Origin: Eledone cirrhosa
Taxonomy: Eukaryota
DNA: 64,000 bases
Assembly (NCBI GenBank): GCA_964016885.1
Contig: OZ024744.1
Location: forward strand, 85,188,001-85,252,000
Direction of reading: 5' to 3'
Both the position numbers and the translations under genes were made by a program. Positions 25,639-37,279 of this stretch are shown here, piece after piece (the stretch's first letter is position 1; each line of letters opens with the position of its first letter). A model generated the notes under the pieces. That model was not told the origin of the DNA, searched no databases, and saw nothing but the letters and a program-made list of their open reading frames with translations.

Positions 25639-26563
25639 CTACATTTTAAATTTAAATTTATATTTAAAAGTTGAGTTCAATCTATGTTTGCAGCAACTGA
25701 ATAAATTTGTCCGTAGATTAAGGGAATTTTTAGATTTTAGTATAAAGAATATCTCCTCCGCGCAGAGGTCACATGTCTCAGAGGATGAATTAAAAGGAAT
25801 CCCTCTTGAGACTATATTCCAAGCCGTCGAATATTTAACGTTATCTTGCCTAAGTTGCCAGAGTACGCCTGATAGTGCTGTTGAAGATTTTTTGCTTGGA
25901 TCTGTGAAAGAATGCTTGTGGTTATTATAGCGAAGTTTAAATTCCGTCGATGTGGAACCAACGTAGTTAAAAGAATTAGAGTCCGTTTTAACATTACAGT
26001 TGTATATTATATTTTTAACTAAGCAGTTGTTATTTAACGGACATTTAGATCTATCTCTACAGTTACATTTGTTAACTTGTATATTATTTATGCTATTATC
26101 GCTAGGTTTTAAGTTCCTATTATTTATTCTATTAATATTTTGTGCTAAATTTTTGGTGGATGAGTAGGTTAATTTTATAGTATGTCTATTGAAAATTGAG
26201 TGATACCTATGTGTTCTAGGGAAGCGATTATCAAGAGCTTTAAAAAATAGTTTAGCGATGTGGGTTTTAATGTTTAGTGAGAAGGGGGGGGGGGGTAAAC
26301 CATATTATGTTCCTAGTTCTATTTCTTTTTTGGCTTTTGGAATTATTGTAATGCTTTCTATTATAGTTGTTAAGGTTGTGGCCGTAATTAAAATAGTTGT
26401 TATTTTGTTTAATTTGTCTATCATTATCTATGTACATAATTTTATCACTATATCCTGCTCTAGCTAACGCTTCATTGTAGTACTGGGCTTTTTCGTCGAA
26501 AATCTTTCTATTAGACGAGATTCTAGAGATACGTTTTTGAACAGAGTTTACTATAGTATTTTC
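25639..26563 (-). pseudogene. Penelope thumb/linker + GIY-YIG endonuclease (degenerate)
   Basis: KRISRISSN..YNEALARAGYS, CNCRDRSKCPLNNNCL, NYVGSTSTEFKLRYNNHK. Same family as 56800-57474. Confidence 0.85.
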
Positions 26564-26595
26564 AAATCTATTTATTTATAAAACTGTCTATATTG

Positions 26596-26661
26596 TATTT
26601 TGTCTGAAGAAGGCATAACATATTGTTAATATGATATCCCTGAAATATATATAATGAAATA
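26596..26661 (+). ncRNA. Minimal type-I hammerhead (inverted pLTR copy)
   Basis: Identical in reverse complement to 24267-24332. Confidence 0.75.
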
Positions 26662-26761
26662 AATATAGTTTCCATTTATTTAATATCGTATATATATATA
26701 TATGTACGTATGGGTTTACCGAACATTTATTATAATCCTCGGTTTGTTTGTAAACAAACAG

Positions 26762-26801
<40 letters not shown>

Positions 26802-26902
26802 TATTTTCCGTTGTGTTGTAATATTACACACAGTAGATTATCAGCTCACGTAGAGTTTGCTCGACGGTTCCAGTTGTAGTTCCAAAAGTAATCCGGAGAA
26901 AA

Positions 26903-27265
26903 ATAGAAAGATTTGAATGGATACAGTTTAGTTGAAAGGAATTTATTGACACGTGTTTCTATAACAGTTACATAACCTAAAACAGCTGCTATCTACAAAC
27001 TTTTAGTTATGCAGACATTCAATATTTCAATGTTATTATTTACTGTCATTTCATCAGAATAATATTACTGAGGACCTATAAAAACTAAATAGGTCCTCAG
27101 TAATATTATTCTGATGAAATGACAGTAAATAATAACATTGAAATATTGAATGTCTGCATAACTAAAAGTTTGTAGATAGCAGCTGTTTTAGGTTATGTAA
27201 CTGTTATAGAAACACGTGTCAATAAATTCCTTTCAACTAAACTGTATCCATTCAAATCTTTCTAT
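26903..27265. repeat. Perfect palindrome, 177-bp arms, 9-nt loop
   Basis: 26903-27079 is the reverse complement of 27089-27265; contains CTGATGA-aatg..catt-GAAA. Confidence 0.95.
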
Positions 27266-27287
27266 ATATATTTATATATATATATAG

Positions 27288-27602
27288 TAATAATAACAAA
27301 TTTGAAGACTAAAATCCAAAGAGGGCTCGATAAGGATAAATATATATCAAATATAAGAACCGTAGAGCAAATATTAATTAAATAACAGATTAAAGTTTAA
27401 GCAAAGAATCGCTGCTTTCACCCTTAACGGGATCTTCTGAAATAAAAAAAAAATCAATCTGTGAACGCAGAAGTAAATATTTCGAAAAACGTTGCAACCG
27501 AAGGAAAACAGGAAGACGATACTTTGGTTCGTGAAGACGTTCCCTGGCAATGAACGGGAAAAAAGCGAAGATAATACGTCATTATGTGGAGTGATGAGAA
27601 GA
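27288..27602. repeat. Second copy of the unclassified 12960 family
   Basis: High identity to 12960-13270. Confidence 0.8.
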
Positions 27603-27816
27603 ATTACACGCAAAGACAAAACCACGTATATGGTATAAATGTTATCATAGACTAATATTCTATTTAGGAAACCAAATGATTCTAGGCTTCAATATATCCA
27701 AAAGTTCATATGGTTCGTTGATTATTCAACGAATTTATTTTTATAACAGATTAGAAGCACTCAACAAGGATTGAAGGATCAAGACCATAGCGGTATGTCG
27801 AATAACCAATTTCTTG

Positions 27817-27879
27817 TGATTTATCTGATGAAAGCCTACTCAAAAACTACTGTACCCTTGAAGTATATATAATAAAATA
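27817..27879 (+). ncRNA. Degenerate pLTR hammerhead (GAAG in place of GAAA)
   Basis: atttat-CTGATGA-...-GAAG-tatata-TA-ataaaat. Confidence 0.4.
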
Positions 27880-27919
27880 TACTTTGGTTATGTGAAAGTA
27901 TTTCTCATTTAATAATATT

Positions 27920-28018
<99 letters not shown>

Positions 28019-28073
28019 TAAAAAAATAATGAATAAAACAATGAAACAGTTCCTTATATTAAACAAAAAAAAG

Positions 28074-28236
28074 TTCATTATTTAACGATCGTTTCTAGGA
28101 CATATATGTGTTAGAATTGGCATGCATATTCAAAAGATCTATGTACAAAATTATACAAAATTATACAAAATTATACAAACTATCAAATAGAATATACATA
28201 CCAACACATACATATGCCGTCTTCAGAAATAATGAA
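28074..28236 (-). ncRNA. Hammerhead with extended helix II (inverted copy)
   Basis: Reverse complement of 29624-29776 plus one extra 10-nt unit. Confidence 0.7.
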
Positions 28237-28845
28237 GTATATTTATTGATAATAACAACAATTCAAAATTACAGGTCTGTTTGGGAACATATTTTAAATA
28301 GACCAATGAAATACATAAAAATACATCAAGAAAATAAAGTTAGGTGTGTGTATATATGCAAGTAACTTCGTTCACAGATATGCATAAAAATGTATGTTCA
28401 CATGCATACGCATGTCGAAAAAGTGTATGTAAATACAAAAATTCAGGGCTAATGTCTCTGTATGTTTATAATCCACAGACAAAATACACATACGTATACA
28501 TACATATACACACTCATATATACACACATATACATACATTCATACACACACACGCACATATACACAAACATACACATACCCACGAACACACACACACACA
28601 AATACACACACACACACATACGTATATATTATTATTATAACTATATGGATATTGAGGCGCACACATAAACACGGCCACATACACTTACATCTAGATGCAG
28701 AACTAAAAATAGGTAAGGGAGTAAGTAATTACAGAGGGTGTCAGACTCAGCATATTTATAAAAATGTATCTATAAATTTAGAAATAAAAAGAAATATATT
28801 AAAAGAAATAAACAAGTAAAACATATACTCATACATATAAATACA

Positions 28846-28909
<64 letters not shown>

Positions 28910-29390
28910 TACATATATATATATATATACATATACACATACACACACACATATATATACACACATACTCACAACACACATATATACATATATGTACACA
29001 CACATACACACATACATACACATACATATATATATACATATATATACATATATATATATACACACACATATATACACACACATATATATACACACACACA
29101 CATACATATACGTATATATACATACACACACATACCCATGTATATATACACACAACCACACACTCACACACAACTCAGACATACATAAATATAGAGACAC
29201 ACATACACACATATATATATATACATATATACATACATATAAATATATATACACATATACATATACACACATATATATATATATATAAAAAAAAATAAAT
29301 AAATACACACAGTCAGACAATTATGCACATATATACACATACATACACACATCTCTACAAATACATATACATACACATACATACATACAC

Positions 29391-29454
<64 letters not shown>

Positions 29455-29623
29455 TCATACACACTTACATTTTTATGCATATCTGTGAACGAAGTTACTT
29501 GCATATATACACACACCTAACTTTATTTTCTTGATGTATTTTTATGTATTTCATTGGTCTATTTAAAATATGTTCCCAAACAGACCTGTAATTTTGAATT
29601 GTTGTTATTATCAATAAATATAC

Positions 29624-29776
29624 TTCATTATTTCTGAAGACGGCATATGTATGTGTTGGTATGTATATTCTATTTGATAGTTTGTATAATTTTGTATAAT
29701 TTTGTACATAGATCTTTTGAATATGCATGCCAATTCTAACACATATATGTCCTAGAAACGATCGTTAAATAATGAA
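29624..29776 (+). ncRNA. Hammerhead ribozyme with ~114-nt extended helix II
   Basis: ttcattattt-CTGAAGA-cggcatatgtatgtgttgg...ctaacacatatatgtccta-GAAA-c-gatc-g-TT-aaataatgaa; perfect 10-bp helix I. Confidence 0.75.
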
Positions 29777-29963
29777 CTTTTTTTGTTTAATATAAGGAAC
29801 TGTTTCATTGTTTTATTCATTATTTTTTTAATATTTTATCTTGACTCTGTATTCCGTTTATCTTTCACCGAAAGTGATTTTTCATTGCATCTCTTCTTTC
29901 CATGATATCCGGATTACATTGAGTTCTTCATACGGATTGGACACTACCGTAAACTTTTGATAG

Positions 29964-30048
<85 letters not shown>

Positions 30049-30210
30049 TGTGTGTTGTGTGTCTGTGTCTCTGCGTGTGTTTGTATGTATGTATAATATT
30101 ATATGATATGATACTATACTAATAGAATGGTAATTAGATGTTTTTTACTGCTATAGAGAAGCGTCACGAATGAAAAGATTTCTTTCGTTTTTGCAAAAAA
30201 AAAAAATAAT

Positions 30211-30428
30211 AATTGTTTCTAAGTTAGGCACAAGGCCAGCAAGTATCCAGTGTATTACTGGTACTTTATTTTATCGACCCCGTAAGGATGAAAGGCAAAA
30301 AAAAAGGCAAAAAATAATAATAATAATAATAATTGTTTCTACTTTTGGCACAAGGCCAGCCATTACCCAATACATTACTGGTACTTTATTTGATCGACCC
30401 CGTAAGGATGAAAGGCAAAGTTGACCTC
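30211..30428 (-). mobile_element. Two 5'-truncated SINE copies
   Basis: tttcta..ggcacaaggccagc..tactggtactttattttatcgaccccgtaaggatgaaaggcaa occurs twice. Confidence 0.8.
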
Positions 30429-33400
30429 AAATATTGGCCACAAGGGCCGACATATAGGGGTCAATACAAAAGACTGGGGCAATGGGGATTTTCATATACA
30501 ACGTGTAAACAATATGAATAACAATAACAAAATAACAATAAAAATACAAGGGAAATTCCCCAATAGGGGGTGATAACCACCAGCGTTCACTCAGGTACCC
30601 CACCAATCCTGAACCACCCGAGGCTTCAAGAGCACCCGGGATGGGCACGCCTCTCCTCCTCAAATTTTCCCACCCACAGGTGCGTGATTAGAGTAGGCCC
30701 ACTCACACGAACCATTCTCGCCACATTCACCCCCCCTTCCAGCAAATGTTCTGCGGTGGGTGGGGAGTGGGGGGGGGTGCAACACATCTCTCTCACCCTC
30801 GCCTCCCTTTCCAAGTGAAACTTGAAGTTGATGAGGGATTGGCCGAAGAGGAAAGTGTCCGTCTTCAGCCCTTTCGATACTGCCACCAGACAGGAAAATT
30901 GCTTGCCCTTCCTGGCCAAAAGAAGGCGGCGAGTCGATTTTCCCTATGGACTCGGCCGATAGCCGGATCTGTTCTACACGCGACAATAGCTGTTCGACAT
31001 AACTCCACAAGTCAGTAATACACGTACACTGGACGAGTGTGTGCAGAACGGTTTCGTCGCTCTGCGTGCATCTCGGGCAGGTCCGTCAGACATCACTTCA
31101 GTACCTGTACAGCTTATCTCGAACTAGCAGTACCCCCTCCCCCGGTAGCACTGCCAAGCGAGGGATTTTTGGAATTTATCCATCGTCCACGGCTCGAAAG
31201 TCCTCCGGAACAGACTGGTTAGTTCGACTTCGTCGAGGAGTGTGACGAGTGTGACGTGGCACTTGCCTACCACTAATCCTCTATAGAACTCGGGAGTGGA
31301 AGTTTCACTGACCGCATTGCCCGCCTGATAGGGGGTAGTGAGTGCTTGGCAACGTTCCAAATGCCAATCACCCAGTCTCAGTCTCTTCTTCACCCAGGAC
31401 TGCAGCTCAGTCAAAGAGACGAGCTGCAGAAAGGCCCGTCTGACAAACGGCGACCACACCTGTTCCCCGTTTTGGCAGAATATCTGGAGATGCCGCAGCC
31501 TCAGCGCATGCTTGCGCATCTTTAGCCACGGCATGCTCAGCCCTCCACATAGAGGGTGATGGCAGCAGATGGACCGCCTCACCAACGAGACCTACCCCCT
31601 CCACAAACATTTTAAGAGGAGCCGTTCCAAGTTGGCGAGGCGCGAACGGGGGTAAGGCATGACGGTCAGGCGGTAGTAGATGACGGACGCGATGTACGCG
31701 TTCACCACCTCCGCCCGACCTTTCAGTGATAGCTTCCTCACAGCCCATTTCTGGGTGAGTCTAGCTACCTTTCCCGCCACAACGTCTCGATTCTTATCCA
31801 CCTGGAGGTCTGGCCCGAACCAAACTCCGAGCAACTTTACCGGTCAGTCCGTCCAGCGTCCAACGACGCATGGACTTGCCTCTCCAGGTGTCGAGTTGCC
31901 AGCCCACCGACTTTTCCGGATTAAGTTTTGTTCCCGTCACCTTTCATATTCCTCCAATATGTTTCCGACCACCTCGATTTTTGACGGCCTTTCGTAGCGC
32001 TCAGCGTCCGCAGTCGAGACTCGCGGCAAGCCATCGAGGTAGGGACTGAAGTTCGCCCCCATCTCTGATCTGCCACTTCCTCCGAACAACCGAGCAAAAT
32101 GTTGACGAGAGGCCTCACACATCCGCCTGGAATCGCTCAGCTCGTGCCCGTCTCGGTCCGTCAAAGACCGAATTGTGGTTTTATTACCACGTGGGGCCAT
32201 CGAACAGCTTTGGTTTCTCATTTCTCAGAGCACATGCCTTAGCTCTGACAATGCAACCTACGTGTTTCGCTTTGAAGAAATGCTCTAATGCCATTCTCGC
32301 CGCTAGAACGTCAGCTGCAATGCCACTACAAATAGCCTCATCTGACTTATCTACCAGCCCCCCCTCCTTTCTATTTTTCTCTAACGCTACTTCTTTGCTA
32401 AACCCTATCGACATTACTCTAATCTCTCTTTTGAGAGCCCCCCACCATCTATTGTTGACGAATCCCCCTGTCAACTTTTTCTTAACTAAATTGTTGACTC
32501 GGTCCCTGTAAGCATTATGTGCCGGAAACGACATGTTCAGCTTCAAGTAACCAGGTCCTAACCTACGCGTCTTATTTAGGTCGAACATACAGATCACAAA
32601 CTTGTGATCTGAATAGGCGACCGTATGTAATTGTGGACACCCTATACTATCCTTATCCACTAATCTAATTAGAAACCTATCTAAGTACAATCTAGATGTC
32701 CTTAAACGATTTGTCCAGGTCCACACTGGCGCATTAGGGAAATCTAGTCGGTACCTGTCAAACAGTTGGAACTGGCTGATCATGTTCTTGAGGCTTTTGC
32801 ACCTCCCGTTCCTATCGGATACTCCCACACAGTCCCAGCGTGCGTCTAAGATGCCGTTCTAGTCCCCCGCTAATAGTAAAGGGCGAGACGTACCCAGAAA
32901 GGCTGCCAGGCGTCTAAAGAAATCCGGCCGTCCTGCCTCGGTAGGGGCGTAGACGGGACCAGTCTAAAGGCACCACCTTCGTTATTGTTCACGTCCAGGA
33001 CCACCGACTTACCGTCCGGATCCCGGGAGATCGACCTTACCTCGAGAACCAGGCCTTTCGTAAACATCACTGCCACGCCATCTCCCATTCCCGGCCGGCT
33101 AACAGATGCGAAAATGGGGGCTAGTGCGCGCGTGTCGGAAATACTGGTCTCGCTGACGGCAATTACATCCATTTCTAGAGATCTGAGGTTGTTGAGCAGG
33201 TGTCCGGCTTCCAGGACAATCCCAGGCCTAGGACATTTAAACATCCTACTCTTAATATGGCCATGTTGGCAGGTTAATAGAGATAGGAAAGCCTTACCCC
33301 CCCCCCCCCCCCGGGCTCTTGTGAAGGTCGGGTGGTTCGACCTCCATAATTCTTTTGGCAACACCTTTAAAAGCCTACTTGAGGCTTTTACACTGGGTGT

Positions 33401-34639
33401 TCCCACGTCGTTGGGGAAGCTTTCCCTAATTGTTTTATAATTGCTTAGTGCCATCTGCACCAGCAAAAGTGTTTGTGGTACCTTGAAGGTGCAGGTGTTA
33501 AACGCCTCAACCTCTTTCTCTATTTCCTTACTTAGTGTTATTAGATTCAGTAGTTTTTTTTTTGTTTTTTTTTTACATTTGGTGTTCCTCCCCATCTTCG
33601 CTTAGTGATGAAGAGGTTTCTGTGTTTGTGTCAGATGTAAGTGGCAGTGCGTGTATGGGTGTGTGTGTTTCAATGACTGTGTGTGTGTGTGTTCGAGAGG
33701 GAGGGAGCGGGAGAGCTTCTTTGGAGTGGCCCCTGGGTGGTCTTGGTTGTCTTTGCAATTGTTGTTGGTTCTGCTGGTGTTGCTGCTGCAGATTTTGTTG
33801 CTGGTGTTGTTATTTCACGATGAGGCCCCGGCGTCGTTTTCAGCAGAGACTTTTCACCGCTTGCATTTTTCAATAGCTGAGGGCAGATGCTCGCAAGTGT
33901 GTTATTTCGCCGCAACTGAAACAGTGAGGCCTTTTGCCCTCAGCCATCACTTTTAGATATTCACACTTTGACCAAAATCAACCCCGGACCAGTCCTCTCT
34001 TCCTGTCCTGGTTACCCCTATTGGGACGGCATCTGACCCCTCCACAATCACCAAGAGCCACTACATATCTAGTCCAGGTGGAATCCTGGGAATGCGGACT
34101 GTAATCGTTCTTTTTACCATGTAGGAGGGGTACATAGTGGTTTTGCAAGGGGTCGTCGAGTGCTTCAAAGCGAGGGTCTCCGACTTAAACAACACCGATA
34201 TGGTGCCGTATTGTGGACCCCTCGCTACGTACTCTGTATCTCCTCTGATGCACCTCAGTGCAGCCTCGACGTCTGCTTGGGGAGAGTTTGCGGCTCTTTT
34301 CCTCTCAGCTGAGATGCATCTGAAGACCAGAGTTCTCTTCTCCACCGGTTCAACGGCCTCTGCCGGGACAGTTAAGTTGGCCACGGTTTGCCCCTGTTTG
34401 ATGAGCTCCTTGTTGTTGTCGTTGTTCTTGTTTGTGTTGTTGCTGTTGGTGTTGTCGTTGTTGTCGTTGTTGCTGCTGTTATTGGTGTTGTCATTTTTCT
34501 TGCTATTTGAATTTTCACTGTTGTTGTTGGTGTTGTCGTTGCTGCTGTTATCGGTGTTCTCATTATTGTTGGTGCTGCTGTTGGCGATACTGCCTAATGT
34601 GGTGTTGGTTTTCACTTTTGTTGTGGGAGGGACAGTGTT

Positions 34640-36797
34640 CAGTGGCGCAACTAGGGATTTTGCGCCCGGGGGCAAGCTCGAACTTTGCCCCCCGCCCCCC
34701 GTAATTTAAATGACACGAAAAGACATGAATATATGATCTAAAATTACTTTTATAAAATTAATATGGAAAAAAGAGTAAAAAGATATTTACAAATGCATCT
34801 TTCTAGCTTTAGCTGATGCAAGGCTACTACGGTGGTAGTGCACTCATCATCAAAACGTGCCCCCTCCCCCCTAGTTACGCCACTGACAGCGTTATTCGTC
34901 TCAACGTTTAAACCGCTGTCAGAAGAAGTTAGGAGGCGTGGCTCTGCCATGTTTTTTTTTTGTTTTTTTTAATGAATTATATTTTAAGTTCAAATTATTT
35001 CATTATTTCATTAAAATTGGTTGCGTTTGTTTCTTCGCTTTCTATGCTGAGGATGGCAAGATCGCGCAGACGGCTTTGAGACATTGATGTCCGCAAATAT
35101 TATAAGATGAGGTTGAGCTTGCTGAAGGATCTCTCACAGCTTGCGACGGAAACGGCCATTGTTAGCAGTATTTGTAGACCGATGCGCAAATTCGGAAATA
35201 CAGTGTTGTCTCCATATTGAACAATAAAATTCAGGAGGTGATCTGGTCTTGTGACTGAAACATTAGCGCGGGTTGACAACAACGCCCGACAGTCAACGAT
35301 TTCTTCAAAAAGCTCCTTGCCCTCAATGTCAGCATTGTAGTGATCAGCTAATGAAGAGCACTTTGATCGAAGCGCGAGGTCGTCTGGAAAAGGTGGATAG
35401 TACAGAGAGCAGACATCGAGAAGAAAGCCAAACCTCGCGTCAATATCGTTGAGACGGGCGAATCGTAGCTGCATTTCTGATTGAATTCGAAGGAGAACAG
35501 TTTGCATGACTGTTTTTACTTCACTGGATGGTGATAGTAATTCATCTTCAGAATTATCTGAAAGCTGCCGTCGTGGCCTTCCGCGACGTTTGCTGATCTC
35601 AATGTTCCAGCGGTGACTTAACTTAATGCCTTTATTAAGTGATTTCTGGGCAATAGTACTTCCATTATCCGCGAAATACTGCTGGAGGGCTTTGATGTCA
35701 TCAGAGGCATCCCGGAAGTTCATTGTTGGATCTTGAAGGCGTTTCTGAACCCGATCGATTCGAGCCAGAATCCTATTCCCAAATCCAAGCAACACGAAGA
35801 AGTAGAAGACAAGCATTTGGCTTAAAAGATGTTCTGCATCACTTCGTGTGTCTACCAACTTTTGCAGAAGCTCGAGGATTTCATTCAGAAAGTTTGCAAG
35901 ATGCTTTACAGCATCTGCTCTTGCGCTCCACCTGGTGTCCGATGGAGATTTCAGAACGAAAGGGATTGCTTGCTTTAACTTTTCCCAACGTTAATCGCGA
36001 AAAGAACGCAAACAATGACTCGATGACGTTAAAACATAACACAACTTTGAAGCTACTATTCGCTGAGGTGAAACCAACGAGGTTAAGTGAATGGTTGCCA
36101 CAGTTAACAAATATCGCCTATTCGTTCAAATTCGTTATGCGTTGTTGAACCCCACTGGTGTGTCCGGCCATAACCGCAGCGTTGTCGTAACATTGTGCCT
36201 TGCAATCATTCAGCGCAAAATAATTTCTACAATACTGGCTGCATCCTTCTCTTCCAGTAGGGTGAACCCCAGAAAGGACTCTCGGATGTGAAATCAACAC
36301 CGACATACCTCACCACTCGTGACAGCTCGTCTCGATGAGCTTGATCAGGTGATGAGTCCACCATCAGCGCATAATGACGGGCATTTTTTACGCGTCGAAG
36401 AACGTTCTACTTGACGTTGAGAGCAAGTAGATGAATGAATTCATTTTGGATTGTGGGGGAAAGGTACGACGTGAAACCCGGATGAGTTTCCGAAACAGCA
36501 TCAAAACATGACAGCAACTTCAATAAACTGATGAAGTTCTCAGCGTTGATCGTTTCGTTTTGCTGGAGCGATTCGCGATGTCCCCTTAATGCAAGATTAT
36601 GGGTCGCAAGAAACTTGATGCATTGTAGAAGTCGAGAGAGGATATCGCGCCTACGTTGCTTCTCGGTTGTTATTAGTGATTGAAGCTGCGCATCGATAAT
36701 TCCTTGCTCTTCTGTCAAACTGCGTTCCATCTCTTTTTTACGCACCCTTCAAAACGGCACCGGGGGAACGTTCCCCCTCCCTCTAGTTACGCCACTG
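34640..36797 (-). mobile_element. hAT DNA transposon (Tip100/ZMYM1-like transposase), degenerate
   Basis: TIRs cagtggcgcaactaggg (34640) and tctagttacgccactg (36797); 8-bp TSD acagtgtt/acagcgtt. Confidence 0.88.
34785..36745 (-). pseudogene. hAT transposase pseudogene
   Basis: LALRGHRE, YLSPTIQNEFI, QCYDNAAVMAG, CGNHSLNL, DTRWS, FPNLRIGLQILLTMAVSVASCERSFSKL, ASAKARKMHL*. Confidence 0.9.
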
Positions 36798-37084
36798 ACA
36801 GCGTTATTCGTATCAACGTTTAAACCGCTGTCAGAAGAAGTTGGGAGGCGTGGCTCTGCCATGTTTTTTTTTTTTTTAATGAATTATATTTTAAGTTCAA
36901 ATATTTGGGCCAAAACGCCCAAATATTATACTTTCCCCTTCACAGGGCAAAATCCAACGGATTATGTCTCTTACATGACAACAAAAATTTAACAATAAAT
37001 GATTTATGACAGGTAAATAAAGAGACCTACGGCAGCGAGCAAAAAGACGTCCGATCAGACCAGTAATAACAATAATAAAAATAA

Positions 37085-37215
37085 TTGTTTCTACATTTGG
37101 CACAAGGCCAACAATTGTCCAGTACATTACTGGTACTTTATTTTATCGACCTCGTAAGGATGAAAGGCAAAGTTAACCTTAGAGGGATTTGAACTCAGAT
37201 CATAAAGGGACGTAA
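37085..37215 (-). mobile_element. Truncated SINE copy
   Basis: Same family core with B box gagttcaaatccc on the minus strand. Confidence 0.8.
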
Positions 37216-37216
37216 C

Positions 37217-37278
<62 letters not shown>

Positions 37279-37279
37279 T

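Larger units (their letters stand above)
24135..26690 (-). mobile_element. 5'-truncated Penelope-like element with inverted 5' pLTR piece
   Basis: Reverse-complement relative of 56680-59075. EN at 25639-26563, pLTR with HHR at 24267-24332, inverted HHR segment at 26570-26690. Confidence 0.85.
28011..29970. mobile_element. Non-coding PLE-derived fold-back: ~380-bp inverted arms (28011-28394 / 29466-29838) around a microsatellite-rich spacer
   Basis: Arms are near-identical (one 10-bp unit differs) and homologous to the 19055-19470 pLTR. Confidence 0.85.
30430..37061 (-). mobile_element. L1/Tx1-clade LINE copy A (5'UTR, ORF1, APE-RT ORF2; RT core deleted near 31985; hAT inserted in ORF1)
   Basis: APE motifs VIAVSET, YLDRF, YSDHK, GPGYLKLN; late RT LGVWFG, LSLKGRA; zf-RVT region; ORF1 MAEPRLL.../34061-34640. 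5'UTR 36895-37061 is shared with 43443-43610. Confidence 0.88.
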
